Positions 47,897-58,152 of a stretch of 64,000 bases of DNA are shown here, piece by piece. The DNA is taken from contig DAMH01000009.1 in the NCBI GenBank assembly GCA_002499585.1, positions 3,396 to 67,395 of the forward strand. Direction: 5' to 3'. This DNA comes from Euryarchaeota archaeon UBA552. GTDB lineage: Archaea > Thermoplasmatota > Poseidoniia > Poseidoniales > Thalassarchaeaceae. The translations under genes and the position numbers were made by a program. Position 1 is the first letter of the stretch, and the number at the start of each line of letters is the position of its first letter. Under the pieces are notes generated by a model that ran no database searches, had not been told where the DNA came from, and saw nothing but the letters and a program-made list of their open reading frames with translations.

Positions 47897-50479
47897 ATGG
47901 GGCCAGATGCCGGAGGTAATGGGGGAAACAGAAAACCCGGTTCTCCATTCAGATCTGATGATTTCAAACTGGGTGATGAGATTTATTTTTTACCTTCAGA
48001 TGAGACGGACTCTGACGATGGGGTTTCTAACCTATCACCAGACGGTATTACGGAGTTTGAGTGGGGTCTTAGAGGCCTAGACTGTCCAGATTGCGCCATG
48101 AAGGCGACGACAGTCCTCAAGAGAGTACCGGGAGTAAAAGAAGCGGTAGTCTCTGCGACAGAGGGTAGAGTCAGGCTGAAGATGGATGTCTCTACGGGGA
48201 GAACTTCCAGGGCAAGTTCAGTCCTCTCTGGATTAGGGCACACTCCAGATATCGGTTGGGAGGAGGTAATAGGAGTGGTACCCACTATTGCCGCGGCGTC
48301 TATTGGTATTGACAGATATCAGCTCATGGAAAGAATCCTTGAGGTTCCAGGGGTGTTGGATGTGAGGACGGAAAACGCTGTTCTCGAAATAATAAGAACA
48401 CCGATCAGAGACCTGAGAATTAGGAATTACTCCGGGGCCAAGCTCAACTCAATATTAGGCGGTCATTTCAGAACAAGGCCATCTCAAGTTATCAGGCTCA
48501 GAGACGATCAAAAACAACTCATATCCGCTCTCTTGACAATACCTGCTCTGTTGGTCTTAGTCACTCTGGACTACATTGGTGTGCATGGATTCATATCTTC
48601 GATTTTTACAATGTTTATTGTCATGGCTGCCGGCCAACAGATGTTCAAAACAGCAATTTCAAGCCTTTTTAACATGGTTTTCGGCTTTCAACTTCTTACA
48701 TCAATGGCAGTGTTGGGAGCGTTTTTGATGGGGGAGTGGATTGAGGCTGTAATTGTGACAGGTTTGGTCGCCTTGGCGTCCTATATCGAAGAGAGGACCC
48801 TGACTGAAGCTAGAAAAGCCATGCAAGGAGGGTTAGATAGATTGCCAAACTCTGCAAGGGTAGTGTCCGATAACGATGGTAACATCATTGAGAACATGGA
48901 ACATGGAGATGGCATGACTCCAATCGATGGGGTAATAACAGGAGATCTAATTGAGATTAGGTCTGGAGAAGTAGTTCCTGTGGATGGGAGAGTGGTGGAT
49001 GGGAACGGACTGATAAACAAAGCACCTCTGACCGGAGAACCACTCCCTGTGCCCGTTGGTATGGGTGATTCAATAGAGGCAGGTCTGACACTGGTTCGAG
49101 GTCCATTAGTCATCGAGACGGTGGATGTTGGTCAGGCGACAAGGTTGTACTCTCTGATAGAAATGGTGAGGAGATATCGAGAAACTCCCTCCCGAACACA
49201 GACCATCATCGAAAAATTCACCGCAACATGGGTGCCATTTGTACTAATATCCTCAATCATGTACGGGTTATATTCCGGAAACATGGTCGCGACGCTAATA
49301 CTCTGGGTAGTATCATGTCCGTGCGCATTACTCCTCGCCGCTCCTGTTCCACATGCCACTGCTTTATCCGCTGCGTCTGCCGCTGGAGTAGTCGCTCGAG
49401 GAGGGGATATAATTGAAAACATCGCCAGTGCCAACCTAGTCCTACTCGACAAGACAGGGACCCTAACCTCAGGTACACCGAGAATTCACTCTATTGAAAC
49501 AATAAGGGGGATAGATGACAAAACCGCGCTATCTATTGCCGCTGCCTTGGAAAGGAGAAGTAATCATCCATATGCAGAAACAATAAGAAAAGAAGCCATA
49601 GAAATGTCATTGGAAACCAAAGTAGCACGGGAAATAGCAGATGGCGAGGCAGGGGTAAGTGGTATCATTGATAGTATCAGAGCAGCTTTTGGGTCTCCAG
49701 CTTGGATAAAAAAACAAGGTTTCAGACCAAACTCAAGGTTGGAGGAAATTGCCAAGAATGCATCAAAAAACGGATTGGGTTGCAGTCTTCTTTCTTACGA
49801 AGGACGTGTAATCGCCCTATTCACATTCATAAATGATGATCATAGAGCTGGTGCAGATACCCTCGTTAAATCTCTGAGGGCCAACAAGATGGAAGTTCAG
49901 ATCCTATCTGGGGATCAACAGGGTGCAGTTGAGAAATTTGGATCCAGCCTCGGCATACCTCCCTCCAAATGCAGGGGGGGAGTCACGCCAGAAGAGAAAG
50001 CAAAGATTGTTGATGATTTGACAAATGCCAGAGTTACTCTGATGGCGGGGGATGGTTTCAATGACTCAGGCGCACTTGCAGCTGCAAGTGTAGGAATTGC
50101 GATGGGATCTGGAGAACAAATAAATTTGGAAGCCGCAGATGTCCTCATACCGGGCCAGGATCCCATGACTATAGCCAAATTAGTTCAGATATCCAAGAGG
50201 ACCAGGAAGAGAGTATCGTTTAACATTGCAATCTCGATGACAGTTACCGCCGTACTAGTTTTGACAACAATGTTTGGAATAAATTCTAGCATAGCTATCG
50301 GCATAGCACTGCACGAAGCATCAGTATTCATTGTCATATTGAATGGCATGCTAGTAAAGGATTCAGGTGAGTCGCCGACAAGAGTCGTGAAATCAGTTCT
50401 CACTCAACTCACAAAGGATATATTCGATTCATTTGCGATTATCAAACCAAATTTACGGAATCCTGCGACCACTTCATGA
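47897..50479 (+). CDS. P1B heavy-metal-translocating ATPase (Zn/Cd/Co-type)
   Basis: N-terminal HMA GLDCPDCA, LTGE, SCPCAL, DKTGTLT, SNHP, GDGFND, TM HEAS. Confidence 0.95.
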   Translation: MGPDAGGNGGNRKPGSPFRSDDFKLGDEIYFLPSDETDSDDGVSNLSPDGITEFEWGLRGLDCPDCAMKATTVLKRVPGVKEAVVSATEGRVRLKMDVSTGRTSRASSVLSGLGHTPDIGWEEVIGVVPTIAAASIGIDRYQLMERILEVPGVLDVRTENAVLEIIRTPIRDLRIRNYSGAKLNSILGGHFRTRPSQVIRLRDDQKQLISALLTIPALLVLVTLDYIGVHGFISSIFTMFIVMAAGQQMFKTAISSLFNMVFGFQLLTSMAVLGAFLMGEWIEAVIVTGLVALASYIEERTLTEARKAMQGGLDRLPNSARVVSDNDGNIIENMEHGDGMTPIDGVITGDLIEIRSGEVVPVDGRVVDGNGLINKAPLTGEPLPVPVGMGDSIEAGLTLVRGPLVIETVDVGQATRLYSLIEMVRRYRETPSRTQTIIEKFTATWVPFVLISSIMYGLYSGNMVATLILWVVSCPCALLLAAPVPHATALSAASAAGVVARGGDIIENIASANLVLLDKTGTLTSGTPRIHSIETIRGIDDKTALSIAAALERRSNHPYAETIRKEAIEMSLETKVAREIADGEAGVSGIIDSIRAAFGSPAWIKKQGFRPNSRLEEIAKNASKNGLGCSLLSYEGRVIALFTFINDDHRAGADTLVKSLRANKMEVQILSGDQQGAVEKFGSSLGIPPSKCRGGVTPEEKAKIVDDLTNARVTLMAGDGFNDSGALAAASVGIAMGSGEQINLEAADVLIPGQDPMTIAKLVQISKRTRKRVSFNIAISMTVTAVLVLTTMFGINSSIAIGIALHEASVFIVILNGMLVKDSGESPTRVVKSVLTQLTKDIFDSFAIIKPNLRNPATTS

Positions 50480-50495
50480 ATGAGAACACACAGGA

Positions 50496-50894
50496 TTGGC
50501 TGTGGATGGCGTATCTGAGATCGAGTCCAAGGTAGCCCCTCCCATCGCAAGATGCGCTCATTGTCAGGGAATGCTGCCCCTAGGTCTCGGAGACAAGACC
50601 TGTACTCTCTGTGGGGCCATTTGTCGTGTAACACATGAAAGGACCTTAATCGATCTCAGAGAGGAGAAAATAACTTGTCCAAAATGCTCCACAATCGTAA
50701 TTGCCGGTACCGAAGAAAGGCCGGTAGATCTAATCTGTGGATCTTGTCAATCTCCTTTTCGTATTACTCCAAAGATAGTGAAAGTGGAGATAGGATGTCC
50801 TTCTTGCGACCGCCTGTTAAGATTGAAACCTAGACCCGGAACTAGGAATATCAACTGTCCTGCGTGCAAGAGTGAATTTTCTGTGACGTTCTGA
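50496..50894 (+). CDS. Multi-zinc-ribbon protein (six CxxC)
   Basis: CAHC, CTLC, CPKC, CGSC, CPSC and CPAC in 132 aa. Confidence 0.8.
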   Translation: MAVDGVSEIESKVAPPIARCAHCQGMLPLGLGDKTCTLCGAICRVTHERTLIDLREEKITCPKCSTIVIAGTEERPVDLICGSCQSPFRITPKIVKVEIGCPSCDRLLRLKPRPGTRNINCPACKSEFSVTF

Positions 50895-50945
50895 AACATC
50901 AGGGGCATTGAATACTGTGGACCTCCTCGGAATACCCCCGAGCGT

Positions 50946-52004
50946 GTGGTTATGAGTGGCTCAGAGAGTATCGACAATGCCTCTGAAGAGCTCCAAGCAA
51001 TACGGAGAGAGACAATAGATCGAATCAAGAACAGCCGTCAGATAACAACAGATCCGAACTCACTGACATTGGCTTCCGATGCGATTAGGCCCGATGTTAA
51101 TTTAGCGCTTTCAGAAACAGTAGCAAGGTTAGACGAAGCGCGAAGAATCATTCAAAATACAAATTATCTTCGAATTGAAGACGGTCTCCGCCGTTTGAGT
51201 TATGATCAAGATGAAATCGAAGAAAACGAAATATCCATTCTTGAAAAAAGGGTAATTTCAGCCGAAGAGAGGCGTCAGAAAATAGATATGGAGACCAGAC
51301 TGGCCTCCCAGGAGAGAAAATTCAGAGACCTCCTCGATATGGAGAGGAAGAGAATCTCATCAACATTATCCTCTGACATCAGGGAGCGAGTTTCCAAGGT
51401 CATTGAAAAAGAGTTTAACCAGAGGTTAGATGCAATGAAAAATAGAATGGAGATTGAGCAAAAATCAGAAATTCGCAGATTGGAAAGGAGGTTAGAAGCC
51501 GAATTCTACGATTTATACTCAAAATCTTCTGATATCAAGATTGATGCCAAAAGGGTTGAGCTACAGAGTGAAATGCGAAATCGTTTGCATTCATTCAGAA
51601 TTAGGCGTGAGGCAGAGCTTGAGAAGGAAATTGAGGATAGGAGACGGAGAACTCAAAGAGACAACGAGTTGGCGTTGAGAGGTGAGATTAAATCACTGGA
51701 AGCCGATGCACAACAAGAAATTGACGAGGAGCTTCAATTGTGGTACGAGGCAGAGATGAAATCTATGGGGAAGATAGAAATCATGAAAAAAAGAGAGATA
51801 TTTCTGACAAAAGCAGCAGAAATGGAGCGAAGAATCGAAGATCTCCGATCGAGAAAGATATCTAAGTTGAGAGAAAAAATCAGGAAGATGACTAAAGTTT
51901 CACACCATGGTTTCAATGTTAAAAAAATAGAGAATGAAATCATTAATGAATGGGATAGAATTTCAGATAAAATCCTAGATGGCTTAGACCTCGATCACCC
52001 ATGA
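50946..52004 (+). CDS. Long coiled-coil protein
   Basis: E/R/K-rich and almost Pro/Gly-free over about 280 aa. Alternative start 50952. Confidence 0.75.
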   Translation: MVMSGSESIDNASEELQAIRRETIDRIKNSRQITTDPNSLTLASDAIRPDVNLALSETVARLDEARRIIQNTNYLRIEDGLRRLSYDQDEIEENEISILEKRVISAEERRQKIDMETRLASQERKFRDLLDMERKRISSTLSSDIRERVSKVIEKEFNQRLDAMKNRMEIEQKSEIRRLERRLEAEFYDLYSKSSDIKIDAKRVELQSEMRNRLHSFRIRREAELEKEIEDRRRRTQRDNELALRGEIKSLEADAQQEIDEELQLWYEAEMKSMGKIEIMKKREIFLTKAAEMERRIEDLRSRKISKLREKIRKMTKVSHHGFNVKKIENEIINEWDRISDKILDGLDLDHP

Positions 52005-52912
52005 TGTCCCCCTGAAATCATTCTCAACCGCTCATTCACATCACCTGCCAGATCCCAGTAAGCAAGGCTACCAGGGTGTCTTTTTATTGCACTCTGGGTG
52101 AGACTTACAGGAGCCCCGTATAGCGGGGCCTCTGCAACAGAGATGCTCCTAGGAATAGCCGTTCTGAGTATCCGGCCCCCGAAATGCCTCGCTGCTGAGT
52201 CCGCGACCTCTCTTCCGAGGTTTGAACCCGATTGAACCATGGTCAAGGCAATTCCCAGAAGGCGTAGTGAGGGGTTTACTGCACTCTGGACCCTTCTCAA
52301 GGTGTCCAGTAATTGCCCCATACTTTCCAGAGCATAGAACTCTGCTTGTATGGGGATCAGAAGCCAATCTGCTGCAGTCAAGGCATTAATTGTCAGAAGA
52401 CCCAACGAGGCTGGAGTATCAATGATGATCAGGTCAAATTGGTCCATTGCACTCTCCAGTGCAATTTTTAGTCTGTGCTCTCTGCCTATCTTCATCGCTA
52501 ATTCTATTTCTATTCCCGATAGGTCAAGATCTGCTGGCAAAAGAGACAAACGGTCCACTTTGTGGTGCTTAGGAGGTCCTTTTGATTTGGTTGGATTTTG
52601 TTTTTTCCAAGCCCTTTTCATCCAAAGCGTCAGATTGTCTGGAGATATTATGAAGGGACTACTATCGATTTTTGAACCATCTATAACCTTCTGAAAAAGA
52701 CTATTCATTGTTTGTCCGAGACTGTTCTTTTCAACGCCGAAAGTCGTTGCGACGTTACCTCTTGGATCGAGATCCACGATCAAAACCCTTCTTGGTGGAA
52801 TCCCTCTATCGCCATCTCCCATTGAAAGGGAGACTCCTAGGTTTGTGACTGTGGTTGTCTTCCCACAACCACCTTTGTGATTCACCACGGAGATAACCGT
52901 CGCACGTGCCAT
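51995..52912 (-). CDS. Second ParA family ATPase, with basic insertion
   Basis: NHKGGCGKTTT, DLDPRGN, IDTPASLG, PIQAEFYALE, VAEAP. Confidence 0.9.
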   Translation of the reverse strand: MARATVISVVNHKGGCGKTTTVTNLGVSLSMGDGDRGIPPRRVLIVDLDPRGNVATTFGVEKNSLGQTMNSLFQKVIDGSKIDSSPFIISPDNLTLWMKRAWKKQNPTKSKGPPKHHKVDRLSLLPADLDLSGIEIELAMKIGREHRLKIALESAMDQFDLIIIDTPASLGLLTINALTAADWLLIPIQAEFYALESMGQLLDTLRRVQSAVNPSLRLLGIALTMVQSGSNLGREVADSAARHFGGRILRTAIPRSISVAEAPLYGAPVSLTQSAIKRHPGSLAYWDLAGDVNERLRMISGGHHG

Positions 52913-52947
52913 GAAACGTGCAGAGCATGAGGGTGATTTGTATTTGC

Positions 52948-53931
52948 TCACTGGACTACAGGAACTGGAACTTCGGAAATTACCTTCCTGACAATGTGCT
53001 CCCCGGTAATGCCCCTTATTTTCGATTCGGGTTTTAGGACAATTCTGTGGCTTACAACATCAAGTGCTACACGTTTGACATCATCAGGGATAACGTAATC
53101 CCTTCCATCAATTGCAGCACTGGCTCGGGCTGTCTTGAACAAAGACTGACTCGCTCTTGGAGAAGCACCAGTTACAACTCTATGATCCTCTCTTGTTCGA
53201 TGTACTAATTCGACGATATATGTTAAAATCGCAGCATCTACATGCACCGTCTCAAGTGCTTTTTGCATTGCTACCACTTTCTTTGGACTGGTTATGGTCT
53301 CAACATCGTGATCGTCCTTGCCCCTCAGTTTCCTTCGTTGGAGTATGGACTTTTCTTCTTGTCGATCTGGGTAGCCCATTGACATCTTCATTAGAAAACG
53401 ATCCATCTGAGCTTCTGGTAGCGGATAAGTACCCTCCTGTTCGATGGGGTTTTGCGTGGCTATGGTGATGAAAGGTGCCGGTAGCTTGTGGGTGATCCCC
53501 TCAATCGTGACTTGCTTCTCTTCCATTGCTTCCAGAAGTGCTGCTTGAGTCTTTGGCGGAGCACGATTGATTTCGTCCGCAAGGAGGACATTGGTAAACA
53601 ACGGTCCGGGCCTGAGTTTGAATTCCCCCGCCTGCTGGTCGTACATGTAAGTTCCCATTATGTCAGCTGGAAGTAGATCTGGAGTGAATTGTACGCGTTT
53701 GAACTTGCATCCAAGGGCAGTTGCGAATGTATTAGCCATCAAAGTCTTGGCTAGGCCGGGAAAGTCTTCCAAAAGCATATTTCCGTTTGATAGGACTCCC
53801 ACAGCAATTTTTCGCAGATTCTCTTCTTTGCCTATGATTACCTTGGAGACCTCACCCATTAGGTTGTTCGAAATCATAGACACTGTTTGAATGAGTTCTC
53901 TTGAATTTGGATCGCTCGCTGCCATCGCCAT
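52948..53931 (-). CDS. MoxR-family AAA+ ATPase
   Basis: LEDFPGLAKT, RVQFTPDLLPADI, LLADEINRAPPKTQAALLEAM, ATQNPIEQEGTYPLPEAQMDRF. Confidence 0.96.
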   Translation of the reverse strand: MAMAASDPNSRELIQTVSMISNNLMGEVSKVIIGKEENLRKIAVGVLSNGNMLLEDFPGLAKTLMANTFATALGCKFKRVQFTPDLLPADIMGTYMYDQQAGEFKLRPGPLFTNVLLADEINRAPPKTQAALLEAMEEKQVTIEGITHKLPAPFITIATQNPIEQEGTYPLPEAQMDRFLMKMSMGYPDRQEEKSILQRRKLRGKDDHDVETITSPKKVVAMQKALETVHVDAAILTYIVELVHRTREDHRVVTGASPRASQSLFKTARASAAIDGRDYVIPDDVKRVALDVVSHRIVLKPESKIRGITGEHIVRKVISEVPVPVVQ

Positions 53932-53999
53932 GGTGAAACCCTGCATCGAACCGCGTACAACCGCATTAAAGGGTTGGGGGGCAATGGAACACTCGTAGC

Positions 54000-55775
54000 T
54001 CAACGTCCCCAAAAGTGATCTTCACGACGATGGATTTGTAGCAATTCCTCCAGAATCTCTTGTTCAGAGGCACTGAGACTCATTTTACGCAACCGCTTAG
54101 CGTGATTCTCAGGCACATCTACGAGCATCGTATCTTCCTCGGATATTTGCCTGCCGACGGTGACTCCATCTATTGCGACTGCGACCTCATCCCCCTGCTT
54201 AGCTTCTTTTTTTGTTTCATCTCCGACCCTTATCGATTTTATCTGCCCAACAACGACCCCGTCCTTGAGAAGCTTCTGGCCAATGTGTATCCTGCCCCCT
54301 AATACCCTGACCCCGATTACTGCTGGCTTACTCACTCTGAATGTGTGGTCAGGCAGAAAGAGGACCCTGCCAGGGTAAACCGTCTTTTCTCTGGACTCTT
54401 CTTCTAGTTCCCTAGCTCGTTCCGAAACCCATTCTTCTCGATGTTCCAGAATGTGATAGATAATATCCGAGCATATGACCTTCAGACCATTTTCATTCTT
54501 GTCAATCTCATGTTGGGCTTCTGGTAAAACGGTTGTTGAAAATCCAAGAATAAGCCTGTGTAAGGGGTCTGAGGAGGATTCGACACTCCTGACATCCTTT
54601 CTCCCGATTTTTCCGATCGATGCTGATCTTATAGGCACTCCAACCTCTTTCAACTCAGCAGCCAATGCTTCAAGACCACCTACTGTGTCTGATTTTATGC
54701 AGACACCCTCTTCTTCGATCTCGAGACTGAGTCTACCCTCCTCATTTGCAAGATTAAGCGCTCTTTCCCGTTCATCAGCATCTGAAACAACCCGTAACGT
54801 GGTGCCTGCGAGAACCCCATCCAAGTCTGGAGCTGACAGCTTCAGACCTGAAGCTGCTTCTGCATTCTCAGTATCGTTCCAACGGTCTCCTGCATCCCGC
54901 ATTTCCGACATACCCCTGGGTTTGAAAAGCCCTCTAACGGTTGTTGCAACCCCTCCCTCGGATGTCACCAGAACTATTTCATCTCCCTTTGATATTGAGC
55001 CTCTGTGAAGGATGACGTCGAGCGTCCTCCCCAATCCTCTCTCTTCCTTCATCTCGAGCACTGTCCCCTCTCCTGGACCGTCCACATCTGATAACTGATC
55101 TGACAAATACCTCTCAGCAAGACCTATGACAACTGCCAACAGATCTTGTATCCCCTCCCCCTCTTTGGCTGAAATCGGGACCAGTGCAATCTCCTTTGTG
55201 AAATCCTTGATTCGGTCATACCTTTCCAGATTAAATCCGTATTCTCCGAATCCTCCTACCAGATTCCAGAAGGACTGATCTAGAAATCCAAGAGCATCTT
55301 GTGTTTGATTTCTCATTGAAGCAGCCATAGGACGCCCTTCGACACTTTTCCATCCATGAATCCTGTCGACTTTGTTACCGGCTACAACAAACGGTGTTTT
55401 TGCCTTTTTTAGAATTCTAATACTCTCGACGGTCTGTGGTCTCAAACCTTCCCTGAGGTCAACGACTAGTATCGCGATGTCCGCAAGGGAACCGCCTCTG
55501 TTCCTGAGAGTAGAGAAAGAGTGATGACCTGGGGTGTCTATGAACAACAAACCCGGTGAGTCGAATGACCGCCCTCCAAGTAATGGTCCGCAAAGGGAAT
55601 TCAACAAGATGGAAGGGACTTCTGTTGCACCAATGTGCTGCGTTATCCCGCCTGCTTCCCTGTCCATCACCGAAGCCTGTCTGTCAGAGCCTAATGACCG
55701 AATGTGGTCCAAAAGACTTGTTTTACCATGATCCACATGGCCGAGTACCGCCACTATTGGTTGCCTTCTTCCCAT
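54000..55775 (-). CDS. infB: Translation initiation factor aIF5B (IF-2)
   Basis: RQPIVAVLGHVDHGKTS, EAGGITQHIGAT, DTPGH, NKVD, FRVSKPAVIGV. Confidence 0.97.
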   Translation of the reverse strand: MGRRQPIVAVLGHVDHGKTSLLDHIRSLGSDRQASVMDREAGGITQHIGATEVPSILLNSLCGPLLGGRSFDSPGLLFIDTPGHHSFSTLRNRGGSLADIAILVVDLREGLRPQTVESIRILKKAKTPFVVAGNKVDRIHGWKSVEGRPMAASMRNQTQDALGFLDQSFWNLVGGFGEYGFNLERYDRIKDFTKEIALVPISAKEGEGIQDLLAVVIGLAERYLSDQLSDVDGPGEGTVLEMKEERGLGRTLDVILHRGSISKGDEIVLVTSEGGVATTVRGLFKPRGMSEMRDAGDRWNDTENAEAASGLKLSAPDLDGVLAGTTLRVVSDADERERALNLANEEGRLSLEIEEEGVCIKSDTVGGLEALAAELKEVGVPIRSASIGKIGRKDVRSVESSSDPLHRLILGFSTTVLPEAQHEIDKNENGLKVICSDIIYHILEHREEWVSERARELEEESREKTVYPGRVLFLPDHTFRVSKPAVIGVRVLGGRIHIGQKLLKDGVVVGQIKSIRVGDETKKEAKQGDEVAVAIDGVTVGRQISEEDTMLVDVPENHAKRLRKMSLSASEQEILEELLQIHRREDHFWGR

Positions 55776-55817
55776 TGTAGCACCGCACCATGAAGTTCCA
55801 TCCCTAGATTTTTAATT

Positions 55818-56273
55818 TCATTCGTATATGTGGATTTCAGTGTCTCTGACCCAATCTACCAATCCATCTGGAAACCATAACTCCAATTCGAATCTTGCAG
55901 TTTCTGGTCCGTCGGAACCGTGGATTACATTATGGCCAATGTCCATTGAAAAATCCCCCCTTATGGTGCCGGGAGGAGCTTCTTTCCCGTCCGTCGGACC
56001 GATCAAATTCCTTGCGACTGTTATCGCCCCGATGCCAGTCCACGCCATCGCTACTACAGGCCCAGAAGTGATAAACTCGATGAGTCCGCTGTAGAAGGGC
56101 CTCTCACTGTGAACTGCATAATGAGTTTCTGCCAACTCATGGCTGGGCTTAAGTTGTCTAAGTCCTACTAAACGTAGGCCTTTGTTTTCAAATCTACCAA
56201 TTATGTCGGATACCAGTCCTCTCTGGACACCGTCAGGTTTGATCATCACAAAGGTCGTCTCCATGTCACCCAT
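55818..56273 (-). CDS. ndk: Nucleoside diphosphate kinase
   Basis: [29 protein letters not shown]. Confidence 0.98.
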   Translation of the reverse strand: MGDMETTFVMIKPDGVQRGLVSDIIGRFENKGLRLVGLRQLKPSHELAETHYAVHSERPFYSGLIEFITSGPVVAMAWTGIGAITVARNLIGPTDGKEAPPGTIRGDFSMDIGHNVIHGSDGPETARFELELWFPDGLVDWVRDTEIHIYE

Positions 56274-56370
56274 GATCCGCCGAACCCCCTTTCCTATTTC
56301 AACGCAAAGTATGAAAACTGGATTACTTGATTTTTAGGAACAAAATAATCGTGCGTGTTAGGAGGTTATT

Positions 56371-57174
56371 TCAGGAAACGATTCTCTTTCTGCACCTTGT
56401 AATACCGACAAATACCACGACCGGCATCAATATGAGTATGTAAGCCACAGAATAGAACATGCCATTGAGACCATCGCCATAGGCCAGTGAGCGTGTAATT
56501 AGGGCCGCATGTGTTAAGGGTAGGCAATATGCTATGTTTTGGGCAACAACTGGAAACTCGCTCAGCGGAAAAAACGTCCCAGCCAGTATGAACATGGGAT
56601 TAATGAGCAAAAAGAATGGGATGTTAAACCAGTCAATTGAGGGGGTGTGCGAAGTTAAGATGAGACCCATTCCTGCAAACATCATCCCAATGGGTACAGC
56701 TACGATTGGCATCATTATGGCACCGGAAAATGAGACTAATTGCATGTTTACCAAATAACCCACGAAGGTTATCGCAGCAGTCATCATAGTCGCATTAACC
56801 ACAGACTTGGTTGTGGCCCAAACAAGTTCTGCTACTAATACATCGTTCGCTGAGGCAGGAGTAGCCGCTATGGCCTGCCATGTTTTTTGATAGTACATCC
56901 TAACAAACGCTGAGTAGGTAGCTTCGAAGAACGCTCCAAACATCATGGAAATAGCCAAAATTGAGGGCGCGATGAATTCGACGTAGCTTACACCCCCCAT
57001 TTGGTTGATGTACGCTCCGACACCAAAACCGAAACCGAGTAGATACAACATTGGTTCAACAAGTGGAGGCAGGAGGTTGGTTTTCCATGTCCTTAACCAG
57101 ACATCTAGGTGTCTTCTCCACACCATGTGGACCATAACGGGTGAGACCCCAAAAATTTCTTTCATCAAAATCAC
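56371..57174 (-). CDS. ABC-2 exporter permease (NodJ-like)
   Basis: EPMLYLLGFGFGVG, YVEFIAP, AGTFFPL, LPLTHA; six TMs. Confidence 0.9.
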   Translation of the reverse strand: MILMKEIFGVSPVMVHMVWRRHLDVWLRTWKTNLLPPLVEPMLYLLGFGFGVGAYINQMGGVSYVEFIAPSILAISMMFGAFFEATYSAFVRMYYQKTWQAIAATPASANDVLVAELVWATTKSVVNATMMTAAITFVGYLVNMQLVSFSGAIMMPIVAVPIGMMFAGMGLILTSHTPSIDWFNIPFFLLINPMFILAGTFFPLSEFPVVAQNIAYCLPLTHAALITRSLAYGDGLNGMFYSVAYILILMPVVVFVGITRCRKRIVS

Positions 57175-58112
57175 TCCCTAAGTTGCCTTCCGGTGAGTTG
57201 CAAAAATACATCTTCCAATGTAGCTCTTCTCCGTATCACATCTTGTATCGAAATATCGGTCTCAAACTCGTCTGCCAAATCATGAATACCCGATCCATAG
57301 GCTATTATCCGATCCGCAATCCTGCTAAATTTCGCCCCGAGGTCCTCAATCAAAATCTGTATCCTATCCAATGTAGCCCCCCCATCCTCATAAGAAGCGA
57401 GAAACTCAACAGCCTCCTTGCCGACCGTGCTCAAGATCAGATCCTTAGGAGAGCCTCTGACCAGTATTTTGCCCCCATCAACTATTGCTAGATCATCGCA
57501 AAGTAACTCGGCCTCATCCATGTAGTGAGTCGTAAGGAGGATTGTGTTGCCGGACCGTCGGTAACTTCTGATTTGGTCCCACACCCGATGCCTGGCCTGA
57601 GGATCTAGCCCTGTTGTTGGCTCGTCGAGGATCAGCAGGTCGGGGTTGTTGATTAGCCCCCTCGCTACAATTAATCTTCTCTTCATCCCTCCGGACAAAT
57701 TTGTTATCTTCTCATTGGCCTTTTCTGTCAGGCCGACGAGTTCCAAAAGATCAGACGCCTTCTTCTTCGCTTCTGTGCCATGAATTCCGAAATAGCGAGC
57801 GTAGACGATTAGATTGAACATGGAAGAGAAATCCGGGTCTAAATTGTCCTCCTGTGGTATAACTCCTATTCTTGATCTGACTTCTCTGCTCTGTTTTTCC
57901 ACATCCATCCCGAACACCTCCAATGAACCACTGGTTAGAGGGGATGATGCTTGGAGCATTCGAATCATGGTTGTTTTACCAGCACCGTTTGGCCCTAGTA
58001 GTCCGAAGCATATTCCTTGTTCTACATCCAGGTCTATGCCGTCGACAGCTACCAAATCTCCGAAATGTTTCCTGAGACCCCTGGCCGATATAGCTATGGA
58101 GGATTCCGACAT
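57171..58112 (-). CDS. ABC exporter ATP-binding subunit (NodI/DrrA-like)
   Basis: GPNGAGKTT, LSGGMKRR, ILDEPTTGLDP, TTHYMDEAE, TLEDVFL.LTG. Confidence 0.95.
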   Translation of the reverse strand: MSESSIAISARGLRKHFGDLVAVDGIDLDVEQGICFGLLGPNGAGKTTMIRMLQASSPLTSGSLEVFGMDVEKQSREVRSRIGVIPQEDNLDPDFSSMFNLIVYARYFGIHGTEAKKKASDLLELVGLTEKANEKITNLSGGMKRRLIVARGLINNPDLLILDEPTTGLDPQARHRVWDQIRSYRRSGNTILLTTHYMDEAELLCDDLAIVDGGKILVRGSPKDLILSTVGKEAVEFLASYEDGGATLDRIQILIEDLGAKFSRIADRIIAYGSGIHDLADEFETDISIQDVIRRRATLEDVFLQLTGRQLRE

Positions 58113-58152
58113 GACATCTGCCTCTTCTACATCCTTTGTTTGAATAAGTGTG

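Noticed and set aside
56371..58112. NodI/NodJ as nodulation-factor export
   Set aside because: A generic ABC-2 exporter family; no nod biosynthesis genes are present.
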